DNA from: an uncultured Bacilli bacterium
Lineage (GTDB): Bacteria > Bacillota_I > Bacilli_A > RF39 > UBA660
Direction of reading: 5' to 3'
NCBI GenBank assembly: GCA_947631515.1
Contig: CANRLP010000001.1
Span: 223-64,222 of the forward strand
Length of the DNA stretch: 64,000 bases
Shown: positions 10,042 through 20,700 of the stretch, in pieces
Layout: each line of letters starts with the position of its first letter
How positions within the stretch are numbered: position 1 is the stretch's first letter
Notes under the pieces: generated by a model
The model's database searches: none
The model's input: the letters and a program-made list of their open reading frames with translations, nothing else
What the model was told of the DNA's origin: nothing
Translations under genes and position numbers: made by a program

Positions 10042-10748
10042 AAAGCATCAGCTAGCTCCTCTTTATTAAGATAGATTTTGTCAATCAAATTATATAAATT
10101 TAATTGAAGTGATACATCAATATAAAATGGTAATCCTATTCCTAGTCTTTTTAATAACTTTTCCTCTTTTAAAACTTGCATAGTTTTACCTTCGATTGCA
10201 ACATTACCACCGTTTAAAATAATCATGTATGGATAATCTAAAGCTAATTCAATATTTTTAGATATTATTACAGTTGTTATATCATTTTGTTCAAAATATT
10301 CATTAAATCTCTTTCTATCTTCTTGTTTTAAGAAAGTATAAATATCATCTATAAAAAAAAGATTAGCATTTTGATATAATTTAGCACAAATATTTAAAAT
10401 TTTTTGATCATAAAAAGATAAACTATTAGGATTTTGTTGTAACTTTTCTTCATTAAAAAACGAATTAACTAACAATCTTTGTTGTTCATTTAATAATAAA
10501 TATTTTACTTCATCAGCCACTTTTTCTGTATAAAATTTCCGATTATCTAATATTACTGCTACCTCACCTTTAGCTTTAATCGCTGCATTATTCTCTAAAA
10601 TAGCTTTTAACAGAGTTGTCTTACCACTTCCACTAACTCCACAGATAAAAGTATTAATACCTTTAAAAAAATTTAATGATAAGTCATTAATTATTAATTT
10701 ATTATTTTTAAAAATACGCATATTTTCAATTGTTAGAATCTGCTCCAT
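10032..10748 (-). CDS. EcfA-like ABC ATPase with degenerate signature motif
   Basis: Walker A GVSGSGKTT, Walker B LFFIDD. Signature LSGGQ is replaced by LSFYDQK and the H-loop His is missing. C-terminal LGIGLP resembles the EcfA C-terminal extension. Confidence 0.6.
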   Translation of the reverse strand: MEQILTIENMRIFKNNKLIINDLSLNFFKGINTFICGVSGSGKTTLLKAILENNAAIKAKGEVAVILDNRKFYTEKVADEVKYLLLNEQQRLLVNSFFNEEKLQQNPNSLSFYDQKILNICAKLYQNANLFFIDDIYTFLKQEDRKRFNEYFEQNDITTVIISKNIELALDYPYMIILNGGNVAIEGKTMQVLKEEKLLKRLGIGLPFYIDVSLQLNLYNLIDKIYLNKEELADALWK

Positions 10749-10802
10749 GCTATTTCACCACTTCCAAATATTATACAAATTAATTTCATAAAAAAAAAGA
10801 GT

Positions 10803-11111
10803 TTATTCACTCTTTGTTTCTGGTAATTTTATAATTACTTCATCGGGTAAGGAATATAAATATTTTTCTCTAGCATATCTTGCAACATAATCGCTATCTT
10901 GTAATTTAGTTATTTCTGACTGTAAGGATTCTGCATCATGTAATAAATTATTGTATTCATTGTTTAATAAAGTTATTTCGTTTTTATTATGAATTATTTG
11001 ACAAAAATCCTTAAAAACATTAGTAACTATTAACCCTACTAATAAAATAATAGCACAAGACAAAAATGTTAAACGTCGTTTGATAAACTTATTCATTTTC
11101 TTCTTTTTCAT
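10803..11111 (-). CDS. divIC: septum formation initiator DivIC/FtsB family
   Basis: N-terminal TM, coiled coil, YVARYAREKY C-terminal motif. Synteny yabP-yabQ-divIC. Confidence 0.75.
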   Translation of the reverse strand: MKKKKMNKFIKRRLTFLSCAIILLVGLIVTNVFKDFCQIIHNKNEITLLNNEYNNLLHDAESLQSEITKLQDSDYVARYAREKYLYSLPDEVIIKLPETKSE

Positions 11112-11151
11112 TTATATTCCCCTAGTCTATTAGAAGTATAACATGAAAATT

Positions 11152-11457
11152 TTAATCTTTCAATTTTTTACGTTTTATTTTACAAAAATTTCGCAATTTT
11201 TTACTATATAAACTAGCTGCAAAAAAACCTAAAAATAACATTATAATAAAATATATATGAACTACACCATAGTTAATATGATACATTGCTAAAATATACA
11301 AAAGGGCGATATCAAATATAAATACAATTGTTATTAAATAACGCAAAATTACAGGATATTTCCAAACTAATTTATAATTTAATTTACTGACAATATAAAA
11401 AAAATTACCAAAAATAAAAGAAAAAAGTAAAGAAATAATTTGAATTTTATAATCCAT
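11152..11457 (-). CDS. yabQ: spore cortex biosynthesis membrane protein YabQ
   Basis: Small multi-TM protein between yabP and divIC, as in Bacillus. Confidence 0.6.
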   Translation of the reverse strand: MDYKIQIISLLFSFIFGNFFYIVSKLNYKLVWKYPVILRYLITIVFIFDIALLYILAMYHINYGVVHIYFIIMLFLGFFAASLYSKKLRNFCKIKRKKLKD

Positions 11458-11756
11458 TATTTAAATAACTTCGTAAAGAATCCTTCTTTATTTTGATTTA
11501 ATTCTCCATCTAAATAACTAAAACTATCTATTTTTCCTTTTATTTTTACGTTTCCATCATGAGTATCAAGTTTTAAAATTTCTAAATTATGGCCTTTTAA
11601 TAAAATAACTCCCATATTACTTTCCATTAAAAATTCTTCATTATCAAAACTAGTTATTTTTTTAATTCCCGTTAAAAAGATTTCTCTTCGATCATTAATT
11701 CTTAATTCATGACTGCCTAGCATAATGTTGTCCACTTCTTTATCCATTATTAACAC
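11457..11756 (-). CDS. yabP: sporulation protein YabP
   Basis: LRINDRREIFLTGIKKITSFD...ILLKGHNLEI match the YabP family. Confidence 0.75.
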   Translation of the reverse strand: MLIMDKEVDNIMLGSHELRINDRREIFLTGIKKITSFDNEEFLMESNMGVILLKGHNLEILKLDTHDGNVKIKGKIDSFSYLDGELNQNKEGFFTKLFK

Positions 11757-11823
11757 GCTCCCATTACACTATATGAATTAATTTTATATTTATGCAAAAA
11801 AAATAAACCTATTTCTAGATTTA

Positions 11824-12081
11824 TTATTCTGCTTTTTCGTATTCGTCCAAAATGGCTTTTTGGAACATCGCACGTATATCAGTATTAATTGGATGAGCTA
11901 TATCTCTATATTCACCAGTAGCTGTTTTTCTACTAGGCATAGCAATAAATAATCCATTGTCTCCTTCAATAATTCTGATATCATGAATTGCAAAGGCATT
12001 ATCAAGTACTACAGTTGCAATACCTTTCATTCTGTTTCCTTCTTTTTCAAATTTACGAACCGTTACTGATGTAATTTCCAT
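11824..12081 (-). CDS. spoVG: septation protein SpoVG
   Basis: MEITSV..RK......[47 protein letters not shown] is near-identical to the SpoVG consensus. Confidence 0.92.
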   Translation of the reverse strand: MEITSVTVRKFEKEGNRMKGIATVVLDNAFAIHDIRIIEGDNGLFIAMPSRKTATGEYRDIAHPINTDIRAMFQKAILDEYEKAE

Positions 12082-12155
12082 AAGACACTCCTTCTAAAGT
12101 TTTCTAAGTAACTTAAATATATTGTAATTCATTCTTAAAAACATATCAAGTCTTT

Positions 12156-12368
12156 TTATAAATATTCTACATGTATTTCACCTGTTGCAATATCTGAATA
12201 GTTAAAACTTTTTTCCATCCCATCTTCATTAACTGTAAAAATACTTGGATATACGTTAGAAATATAACCATTTACTTGATAATTTTTATTTCGCATTCCA
12301 TAAACCGAAATTAAAACTCTTTCATGTAAATGATTTTTAATTTCTTCTTTTATTTTATCTAAACTCAT
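12156..12368 (-). CDS. veg: Veg family protein (DUF1021)
   Basis: YPSIFTV...EKSFNYSDI core, position between yabG and spoVG. Confidence 0.75.
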   Translation of the reverse strand: MSLDKIKEEIKNHLHERVLISVYGMRNKNYQVNGYISNVYPSIFTVNEDGMEKSFNYSDIATGEIHVEYL

Positions 12369-12377
12369 ATAACCTCC

Positions 12378-13157
12378 TTATCTTGGATAACCGACATACA
12401 TAAGACCATTACAAATAAGGCCACCCATGCCATCTTTTCCATACTTAGTTTTATCGAGTAACATAATTAAATCAATTTCTCGATTTCTTTCTGTAAGAGA
12501 AATATCAGTTGCAATAATAGCTGGATCTAAACAATGAATATTAACCCTTTTAGGACTTGAAGCAAAATTAGCTCCAGCTTTGATTAATTCTTCGTAATTA
12601 CTTTGACAAGCACCTGCAATAATAACCAACTTTTCATGGCTTTTTTCGTACTTGCGACATTCTTTAACTGCTTTTATAAAATTCTCCGTATTTTTATAAT
12701 TACGAATATCTTCAATATTTCCCTTCTTTTGATAATATGCATCATGACCCGTAATTATAACTATATCAGGTTTATATTCATCTAATAAATCTTTAATTTT
12801 ATATGGTATATCTACTTCATTTAGTCTTTTGCCAATTGCATATACATTGTGTTTTTTATAATATTCTAAACATCTATTTAAGTATTCATTATCACCATCA
12901 ATATGCAGTATTTTCCCTGGTAAATAAAAAAAATCGTTACGATCTAAATCAGTATCATCATTATCACTAACTTCTATTCTTAAATTTTTTTTATCTTCTT
13001 CAGTAGCTATTTTTAAATCCTTAACTTCACTATCGGCATATAAACGGACATCAATACCTTTCAAATAACAAGTTTCCCCTTTAATATTAACAACTTTAAA
13101 CAAAGTATCATTATGATAACTGTTACGAGTTACATAATCCCCTTTTTTAATTTGCAT
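12378..13157 (-). CDS. yabG: sporulation-specific protease YabG (peptidase U57)
   Basis: KPDIVIITGHDAY...VIIAGACQS...LIKAGANFASSP.RVNIH.LDP align closely to B. subtilis YabG. Confidence 0.9.
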   Translation of the reverse strand: MQIKKGDYVTRNSYHNDTLFKVVNIKGETCYLKGIDVRLYADSEVKDLKIATEEDKKNLRIEVSDNDDTDLDRNDFFYLPGKILHIDGDNEYLNRCLEYYKKHNVYAIGKRLNEVDIPYKIKDLLDEYKPDIVIITGHDAYYQKKGNIEDIRNYKNTENFIKAVKECRKYEKSHEKLVIIAGACQSNYEELIKAGANFASSPKRVNIHCLDPAIIATDISLTERNREIDLIMLLDKTKYGKDGMGGLICNGLMYVGYPR

Positions 13158-13205
13158 TTATACTTCACCAATAAATTATATGTTAAAAATCTAATTTTGA
13201 TGACT

Positions 13206-14009
13206 TTAATTGTTATAATAATTCCATAATTTTTTAAAATCTTCCTTATTTATTTCTTCTGCCCGAACATTTTCTGTATAATTCATTTCCTTTAAACCAT
13301 TTAAAATTTTATTCCAATCATAATTATACATATTATTTTTCAATGTTTTTCGTTTATTTTTAAAAGCATCTTTAATAAATTCGAAATAACCTTCTTCATT
13401 TATTACCTTACTTTCTTTATTTTTTTCTAACATTATAACAGCACTATCTACTTTGGGAACGGGAGAAAAATTATTTTTATTAACTAAAAACATTAATTTG
13501 GCTTTATAAAAATAATCCACATAAATAGTAAAAGCGTTATATTCTTTACTACCAGCTTCAGCTGTCAATCGTTCAGCAAATTCTTTTTGAACTAACAAAA
13601 CAATATTTTTAAAATTAACTCCACTTTGAATTAGTTTTAAAATTATTGGAGAAGTTATATAGTACGGTATATTAGCTATAACATATATATTATCGTATTT
13701 AGTTAAATCAAGATCTTTTTGTAAGTCATGTTTCATAAAGTCATCATAAATAAAATGAGTTTTTTCATTTTCCAACTTTTTTAAATAATCTTGCATTCTA
13801 GAATCTATTTCATAACCCCATAAATAACTATCTTTTTTAGTCAAATACTCGGTTAAGGCTCCCATACCAGGTCCAATTTCAATTATTAAATCATTATCAT
13901 TTACTTTTACCAAATTAGCAATATTTTCTAAAATTTCTTTATTTTTCAAAAAATTTTGACCATATTTCTTTATAGCTTTTAATTGTTGCATAAAAAATCC
14001 TCCAATCAA
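13206..14009 (-). CDS. rsmA: 16S rRNA (adenine1518/1519-N6)-dimethyltransferase
   Basis: KKYGQNFL motif, SAM-binding IEIGPGMGALT. Confidence 0.9.
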   Translation of the reverse strand: MIGGFFMQQLKAIKKYGQNFLKNKEILENIANLVKVNDNDLIIEIGPGMGALTEYLTKKDSYLWGYEIDSRMQDYLKKLENEKTHFIYDDFMKHDLQKDLDLTKYDNIYVIANIPYYITSPIILKLIQSGVNFKNIVLLVQKEFAERLTAEAGSKEYNAFTIYVDYFYKAKLMFLVNKNNFSPVPKVDSAVIMLEKNKESKVINEEGYFEFIKDAFKNKRKTLKNNMYNYDWNKILNGLKEMNYTENVRAEEINKEDFKKLWNYYNN

Positions 14010-14020
14010 AAAAAGGCTTA

Positions 14021-14614
14021 TTACCAGCCATTTCTTAATATATCATAAGTAATCGCAGAACGACCCACAGAAGAATACGCATAATCTAAATTATTAGTTA
14101 ATAAATCAATATCATTTCCCAAAACGCCTCGATCAAGTACAATTGCTATAACAGGATTTTCAGATATTGTCGGTTTATTAAAACGAATAATCGTTCCACA
14201 AGCCAAATTACTAGAAGATGCCACTATTCTAACATTTCCATAAGAAATATCTTGATAAGTTTCAACTCCTGATAAAACATTATAATTAGGTAAACAAGCT
14301 AAATGGCCACTACATAAAGGGCAGTCTGCTGTATAGCCAGTTAAATCTCCTGTGTATGTATCTTTAGCACTATATAAATCATTTGCTATATCTTCTTTTA
14401 ACTTCAAAGCCATTGTTGATAAATCTATTGATTTATTATAATTATCATTTAATACTTTCATTTCTACTTTCGTATTACTTGAATCAACTACAACCACAAG
14501 TGTAACGATTAATGCTACTTGAATCAATTTCCAAACATTTTTAATAAGATTTCGACCCACTTGCTTCCACCTCGTATCTATATTCATTTTAGCAAATAAT
14601 ACACTATATGTCAA
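14021..14614 (-). CDS. 3D-domain protein (YabE-like, membrane-anchored)
   Basis: N-terminal TM. C-terminal IAIVLDRGVLGNDIDL resembles 3D/MltA-like domain. Position between tatD and rsmA as for yabE. Confidence 0.5.
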   Translation of the reverse strand: MTYSVLFAKMNIDTRWKQVGRNLIKNVWKLIQVALIVTLVVVVDSSNTKVEMKVLNDNYNKSIDLSTMALKLKEDIANDLYSAKDTYTGDLTGYTADCPLCSGHLACLPNYNVLSGVETYQDISYGNVRIVASSSNLACGTIIRFNKPTISENPVIAIVLDRGVLGNDIDLLTNNLDYAYSSVGRSAITYDILRNGW

Positions 14615-15350
14615 AAAGCTCTGCTACATTTTGATTGGTAATTTTAGCTAATTCTTCTAAAGATACTTCGTATATTTCACCTAAAAACTTGGCTATTTCT
14701 TTTATTTTACTTGGATCATTTCGTTTACCACGGAATGGTACTGGTGTTAAATAAGGAGAATCGGTTTCTAATAAAATATATTTCAAAGGAATCTTCTTTA
14801 TTACTTCTTTTAAATTGCAATTTTTAAAAGTGATAACTCCATTTACTCCTAAATAAAAACCCATTTTTATATAAATTTTCGCCGTTTCTAAACTACCACT
14901 AAAAGAATGGATAACTCCCTTTACTCGATATTTTTTTAATATTTCTATCGTATCCAAAGTAGCTTCACGCGAATGAATAACTACCGGCAAATTATACTTT
15001 TCTGCTAAAGCTAATTGCTTTTCAAATAATTTTATCTGTTGCTCTTTATTTTCTTTTGTATAATGATAATCCAGCCCTATTTCTCCAATAGCCACTATTT
15101 TTTTATTTTTTAAATTTTGTTCTATAAATTGGATATCAGCATCAGTATAATTTTCAACTTCTTCTGGATGAATTCCTAAAGCTCCATATATTCCTTCCTT
15201 ATTCACAAGACTAAGAACTTCTTGATTAGAGGCATTGTTACAACCAGCAACTATATAACGAGTTACCTTATTATCTTTAGCTATGTTTATAATTTCATCA
15301 AGATCTTCATAATATTCTTGAAATAAATGACAATGGGTATCACAAAACAT
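14604..15350 (-). CDS. tatD: TatD-family metal-dependent DNase
   Basis: FCDTHCHL ... GEIGLDY ... HSF motifs. Confidence 0.9.
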   Translation of the reverse strand: MFCDTHCHLFQEYYEDLDEIINIAKDNKVTRYIVAGCNNASNQEVLSLVNKEGIYGALGIHPEEVENYTDADIQFIEQNLKNKKIVAIGEIGLDYHYTKENKEQQIKLFEKQLALAEKYNLPVVIHSREATLDTIEILKKYRVKGVIHSFSGSLETAKIYIKMGFYLGVNGVITFKNCNLKEVIKKIPLKYILLETDSPYLTPVPFRGKRNDPSKIKEIAKFLGEIYEVSLEELAKITNQNVAELFDI

Positions 15351-15371
15351 AAAAGCCTCCTATATTAATTT

Positions 15372-16892
15372 TTATTTTTCTATTTCAATTCTTTGGAACA
15401 ATATTTCTGGTTCATTTAAATCATAAATAGTATTTTCATTAAAGACAAAAATTTCATCTTTTGTATTTAATTGCTTCATAATATTTTCGCTTGTCGTTGG
15501 TAAATATGGATACAAGAAAACAGCACATACTCTTATAGCTTCGAGCAAATTATAAAGTACAGTTTCGAGTCTATCTTTTTTACTTTCCTCTTTAGCTAAA
15601 ATCCAAGGGGTTGTTTCGTCAATATATTTATTACTTCTTCTTAATACTTCAAAAATACAATCTATAGATGCCCCTATTTCTAAATTATTCATTTTTTCTT
15701 CAAGCTTGCTTGATAATTCATTAACTAGTGTTAAAAGTTCTTCATCAACATTGTCTTTAATACTTTTATTTTCAATATGACTATTAAAATATTTTTTCGC
15801 CATTGATATAGTTCTATTTACCAAATTTCCTAAAATATTAACTAAATCGCCATTTATTCTTTCTTCTAATAATTCTTTAGTAAATATACCATCTGAAGCA
15901 AAAGGAATTTCATGTAATAAATAGTATCTTACTGCATCAACACCATATTCATTAACTAAATCATCAGCATAAATAACATTTCCTTTTGACTTACTCATTT
16001 TACCATCTGCCATGATTAACCAAGGATGTCCAAATACTTGTTTAGGTAGAGGTAAATCCAAACTCATTAAAAAGCAAGGCCAATAAATTGTATGAAAGCG
16101 AATAATATCTTTTCCAATCAAATGTAAATCAGCTGGCCACCAAGAATTAAATTCTTCACTACTACCATCTGGATCATAACCAATATTGGTAATGTAATTA
16201 GTAAGAGCATCTAACCATACATAAACAACATGTTTTTTATCAAAATCAACAGGAATTCCCCAATCAAAAGAAGTTCTTGATACACATAAATCTTGTAATC
16301 CTAGTTTAATAAAATTATTAATCATTTCATTTTTTCTTGATTCTGGTTGAATAAATTCCGGATGATTTTCTATATATTCTATTAATTTATCTTGATATTT
16401 ACTTAATTTAAAAAAGTAAGCTTCTTCCTTTTTTTCTTGAACTTCTCTTCCACAATCCGGACACTTTCCTTGAACTAATTGTGATTCTGTCCAAAAAGAT
16501 TCACATGGAGTACAATAAAGTCCTTTATATTCTCCTAAATAAATATCACCTTTATCATACATTTTTTTAAATATCTTTTGAACTATTTTTTCATGATTTT
16601 CATCAGTTGTTCTAACAAATTTATCATAACTGGTATTCATAATATCCCAAATATTTTTAATTTCTTTAGATACTTTATCAACATATTCTTTAGGAGTTAC
16701 TCCCGCTTCTTTTGCTTTTAATTCAATTTTCTCACCATGTTCATCTGTACCAGTTTGAAAATAAACATCAAATCCCATTAATCTTTTATACCGTGCAATA
16801 CTATCAGCTAAAACAATTTCATAAGTATTTCCTATATGAGGTTTGGCAGAAGTATAAGCAATAGCAGTAGTTATATAATATTTTTCTTTCAT
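15372..16892 (-). CDS. metG: methionine--tRNA ligase (short form)
   Basis: PHIGN(HIGH-like), CxxC zinc knuckle CPDCG, KMSKS. Confidence 0.95.
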   Translation of the reverse strand: MKEKYYITTAIAYTSAKPHIGNTYEIVLADSIARYKRLMGFDVYFQTGTDEHGEKIELKAKEAGVTPKEYVDKVSKEIKNIWDIMNTSYDKFVRTTDENHEKIVQKIFKKMYDKGDIYLGEYKGLYCTPCESFWTESQLVQGKCPDCGREVQEKKEEAYFFKLSKYQDKLIEYIENHPEFIQPESRKNEMINNFIKLGLQDLCVSRTSFDWGIPVDFDKKHVVYVWLDALTNYITNIGYDPDGSSEEFNSWWPADLHLIGKDIIRFHTIYWPCFLMSLDLPLPKQVFGHPWLIMADGKMSKSKGNVIYADDLVNEYGVDAVRYYLLHEIPFASDGIFTKELLEERINGDLVNILGNLVNRTISMAKKYFNSHIENKSIKDNVDEELLTLVNELSSKLEEKMNNLEIGASIDCIFEVLRRSNKYIDETTPWILAKEESKKDRLETVLYNLLEAIRVCAVFLYPYLPTTSENIMKQLNTKDEIFVFNENTIYDLNEPEILFQRIEIEK

Positions 16893-16899
16893 TTTCTTT

Positions 16900-17185
16900 C
16901 CTCTTTTCTATTTACCATTATTTTTATTTAATTGCATTACAAACATAGTTCCCATTCTAAAAAATAAAAAAAATCATAAACTAAGGGCGAAAAAACCGCG
17001 GTACCACCTTAATTCATGATTTTATCATGCACTTTAAATTCGTAACGAGAATAACTCGATTTAACTCCAGAACCATCTTCATATTTCATAATCTACTTGT
17101 TTTCATCAACCACAAGCTTTCTATAAGATTATTAAAATATTACTCTTTCTTTCTCCGTTAATTATTTGTATAGTAACACAAAAAA
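16900..17185 (-). promoter_or_regulatory. T-box riboswitch leader of metG
   Basis: Minus-strand AATTAAGGTGGTACCGCGG (revcomp of 16996-17013) matches the T-box consensus AATTAGGGTGGTACCGCG. ~300-nt leader with AGAGA-like and AUG-containing Stem I candidates, and a T-rich tract after the motif. Confidence 0.8.
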
Positions 17186-17194
17186 AATTTACTT

Positions 17195-17719
17195 TCAAGC
17201 AATATCAATTTTATTAATTATAATACTTGAAATTAATTTTAATAAATCCATTTGATAATCCGGAATAGGACTTGATTCTTGATAAAGTAAAATAAGCCCT
17301 AAACAATCAATCGAAGAAATTATAGGCAAGATTAAAAAATAACCAGTTAAATCTTCTTCTTTAAAATTATATGTATCTAAAACACTTTTAGTTACAGATT
17401 CTCGATTATGAATGTATTTAATTAATTTTTCACCTATTTCCTGATTATTTTTAATTTTATCTACTCCTGAATACAAAGCTTTATCTCGATCGGTAATAAT
17501 TATTTTAAAATCATAAGTATTATCTACAATATTAGCCAAATTTTTAACTATTTCACTATAATCTTGCATTTTAGAATATTTTTTTAACACAATATGATCA
17601 TTTTCAACAAATATTTCTAAATTTTCGCCATCTCGTATCCCTAAATTTCTTCGAATTTCTTTCGGTAAAACAATCCTTCCTAATTCATCAATTTTTCTAA
17701 TAACTCCTGTAGATTTCAA
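17195..17719 (-). CDS. spoVT: stage V sporulation protein T (AbrB-N + GAF)
   Basis: MK.TG..R.ID.LGR.V.PKEIRR.L.IR.G..LEIFV aligns to SpoVT. Position after mfd. Confidence 0.85.
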   Translation of the reverse strand: MKSTGVIRKIDELGRIVLPKEIRRNLGIRDGENLEIFVENDHIVLKKYSKMQDYSEIVKNLANIVDNTYDFKIIITDRDKALYSGVDKIKNNQEIGEKLIKYIHNRESVTKSVLDTYNFKEEDLTGYFLILPIISSIDCLGLILLYQESSPIPDYQMDLLKLISSIIINKIDIA

Positions 17720-17785
17720 AAGAAAACCAACTCCTCTGTATTTTAGTTTGAGTAAAGTTAATTTTTTTATTCGAAAAATCAGAAA

Positions 17786-20700
17786 TTATTTAGCATTTTC
17801 TAAATCTTTTAAAATTATTTCTAATAAAGGCACCATGGAATATAAGAAATGTTTATCATTAGGTTTTAAATTTAAAGTAATTATTATTTTCTTATTAACA
17901 TATTTAAATTTAAAGTTAGGATTAATATTATAAGATTCTAAAAATAACTTTTCTCCTTTTATTAAACTTGAATATTTTTCAGGTATTTCTATTTCAATAT
18001 AACGTTCATTTTGAAAAACGTTAGTAATTTCTAAATTCTTGGCTAATTTTTCAAACCATTCTTCATACATATAGATTTCAATTTCTTCTGTAATTTTACC
18101 AAATCTATCTTCTAAAATATGTTTAATTCTTTGCAATGATTCTTTATTTTCTACTTCATTTATAAGTTGATGGATTTCGATTTTTACTTCTTCATCACTA
18201 ACATAGTCATCACTAATATGAGTACTTACATTAACTAAAGATTTAGAATCATTATCTTCATCTTCTACTTCTTCGCCATTAAGTCGCTTAATTTCTTCAT
18301 CAATCATTCGCATATAAAGTGATATACCAACAGAATCTACGAATCCAGCTTGCTCACTACCTAATATGTCTCCTGCTCCTCTTAAAGACAAATCACGCAT
18401 AGCTATTCGATAACCACTACCAAGTTCTGTAAAATCTTTAATAGCTTGCAAACGTTTAATTGCAATGTCATTTAAAACCTTTTTCTTATCATACAATAGA
18501 TAAGCGTAAGCAATCCGATCACTTCTTCCCACTCTACCTCGTAATTGATAAAGTTGACTTAATCCAAAATGATCAGCATCATAAATAATTAAAGTATTAG
18601 CGTTTGGAATATCTATACCTGTTTCGATAATAGTTGTACAAACTAAAATATCAAAATCCTGATTTATAAATGATTCCATTATTGAATCTAGTTCCTTTTT
18701 TGTCATTTGGCCATGAGCAAAACTAACTCTAGCTTCGGGAATTATTAGTCGGATGCGATCACAAAATTCCTCTATAGAAGCAACTTTATTGTACAAAATG
18801 AATATTTGTCCTTTACGAGATAGTTCTTTATAAATTGCATCTTTAATTATTAAATCATTTTCACTAGTAACATAAGTTTGTACCGGGTAGCGATTTATTG
18901 GAGCAGTATCTATAATAGATAAATCTCTTAAACCACTCATTGCCATTTTTAATGTTCGAGGAATAGGAGTAGCAGATAAAGTCAAAACGTTAATATCATT
19001 TTTAAATTGTTTTATTTTTTCTTTATGAGTAACCCCAAATCGTTGTTCTTCATCAACAACTAATAAACCTAAATCCTTACAAACAATATCATTACTTAAC
19101 AATCGATGAGTCCCGAATAAAATATCTATTTTACCCATTTTTAAATCATCTAATATTTTCTTTACTTCCTTGGTTGTAGTAAAGCGATTCAATAAAGCGA
19201 TTTCTATAGGATAAGATTTAAATCTATTCAAAGCTGATGTATATTGTTGCTTAGAAAGAATTGTTGTCGGGCATAAATATAATACCTGCTTGTTATTTAA
19301 AACTGTTTTAAAAATAGCTCTAAATGCCACTTCTGTTTTACCAAAACCTACATCCCCACATAAAAGGCGATCCATTGGAACTTGACTTCGTAAATCATTT
19401 TGAACCTCTTCTATAGCTCGTAATTGATCTTTGGTTTCTTCATAAGGAAATAAAGATGCAAAAATATCTTCCTCAGGATAATCTTTATAAGCAATTCCTT
19501 TAGTATTACTTCGTATGGCATATAACTTCATCAATTCTTCAGAAATATCTCGAATTTTTTTCTGTACTTGGCGTTTTTTAATTTCCCAAGAAGTACTATT
19601 TAACTTATTGATTTTAGGCTTAACTCCATCATTATCAGTATATTTAAATATAGTTGAAATTTTCTCAACAGGAATATATACTTTGTCATTACCAAAATAA
19701 TTAATTTGAATAAAATCCTTTAACATTCCTTTTTGATTTAAAGTAACTACACCATTATAAATACCTATTCCATGACTACGATGAACTACATAATCTCCCA
19801 ATTTTAAATTATTAATAGAATTTAATTTTTTACCTATTTTTAAAGTATTTCGGTATTTTATTTGCTCGTTTTTAACATTTTCAATATCAAATTCTGATAA
19901 AACTATATAATTATCGAATTGAAAACCCTTATTTAACTTATGCATAATAATTGTTATATTATCTTTTTCAGGATTTTCTTTTATAACAGCAGTTGGAAAT
20001 AAATATAAAATTTGCTTCTTTTGACTTTCTTTAGATAAGCAAAAAATTACTTGTTTTTTTTGAGCAAGCCAAATGTTTACTTTTTCTTGTAATAAATCAT
20101 AATTGGAATTAAAATTCTCTATATCTTTGGAATTATATTTACTTATAGGATAATCTTTATTTTGGGTGTTATTTAAACTTTCTAAATAAACAATTTTCTT
20201 AGATTGCAAATCGGCAAAATCAAACATAAAATTAGTTTCTTTAAAATCTTCATTGTTTTCTTTATATTCCAAAATATCATTACTTAATTTTAAATATCCT
20301 GCTTTAATTTGTTGATAATCATAATAAATCAAAATAGGATCATGCAAATATTCTAATAAAGAGCTATGTTTATCACTAACCAATTCTTTAAAAGGATAAA
20401 TAGAAATAGAATCAGTTTCATGTAAAGATAACTGAGTATTCTCATCAAAATACCGGATTGATTCAATTGTATTGCCAAAAAATTCAAACCGCAAAGGGTG
20501 TTCTTCTTCAATTAAAAATACATCTAAAATAAAACCTCGAATCGCATAAGTACCTGTAGAAGTTACAATACTATCTTTCGTATAGCCAAACTCTTCTAAA
20601 ACTTCGACTAATTTGTCTCGATTAAATTCTTGATTTTTCTTAATATTTTCCACTTTTTTTTGAGATAATGGGGCTAAGAATTTCAGATAACCATTTAAAT

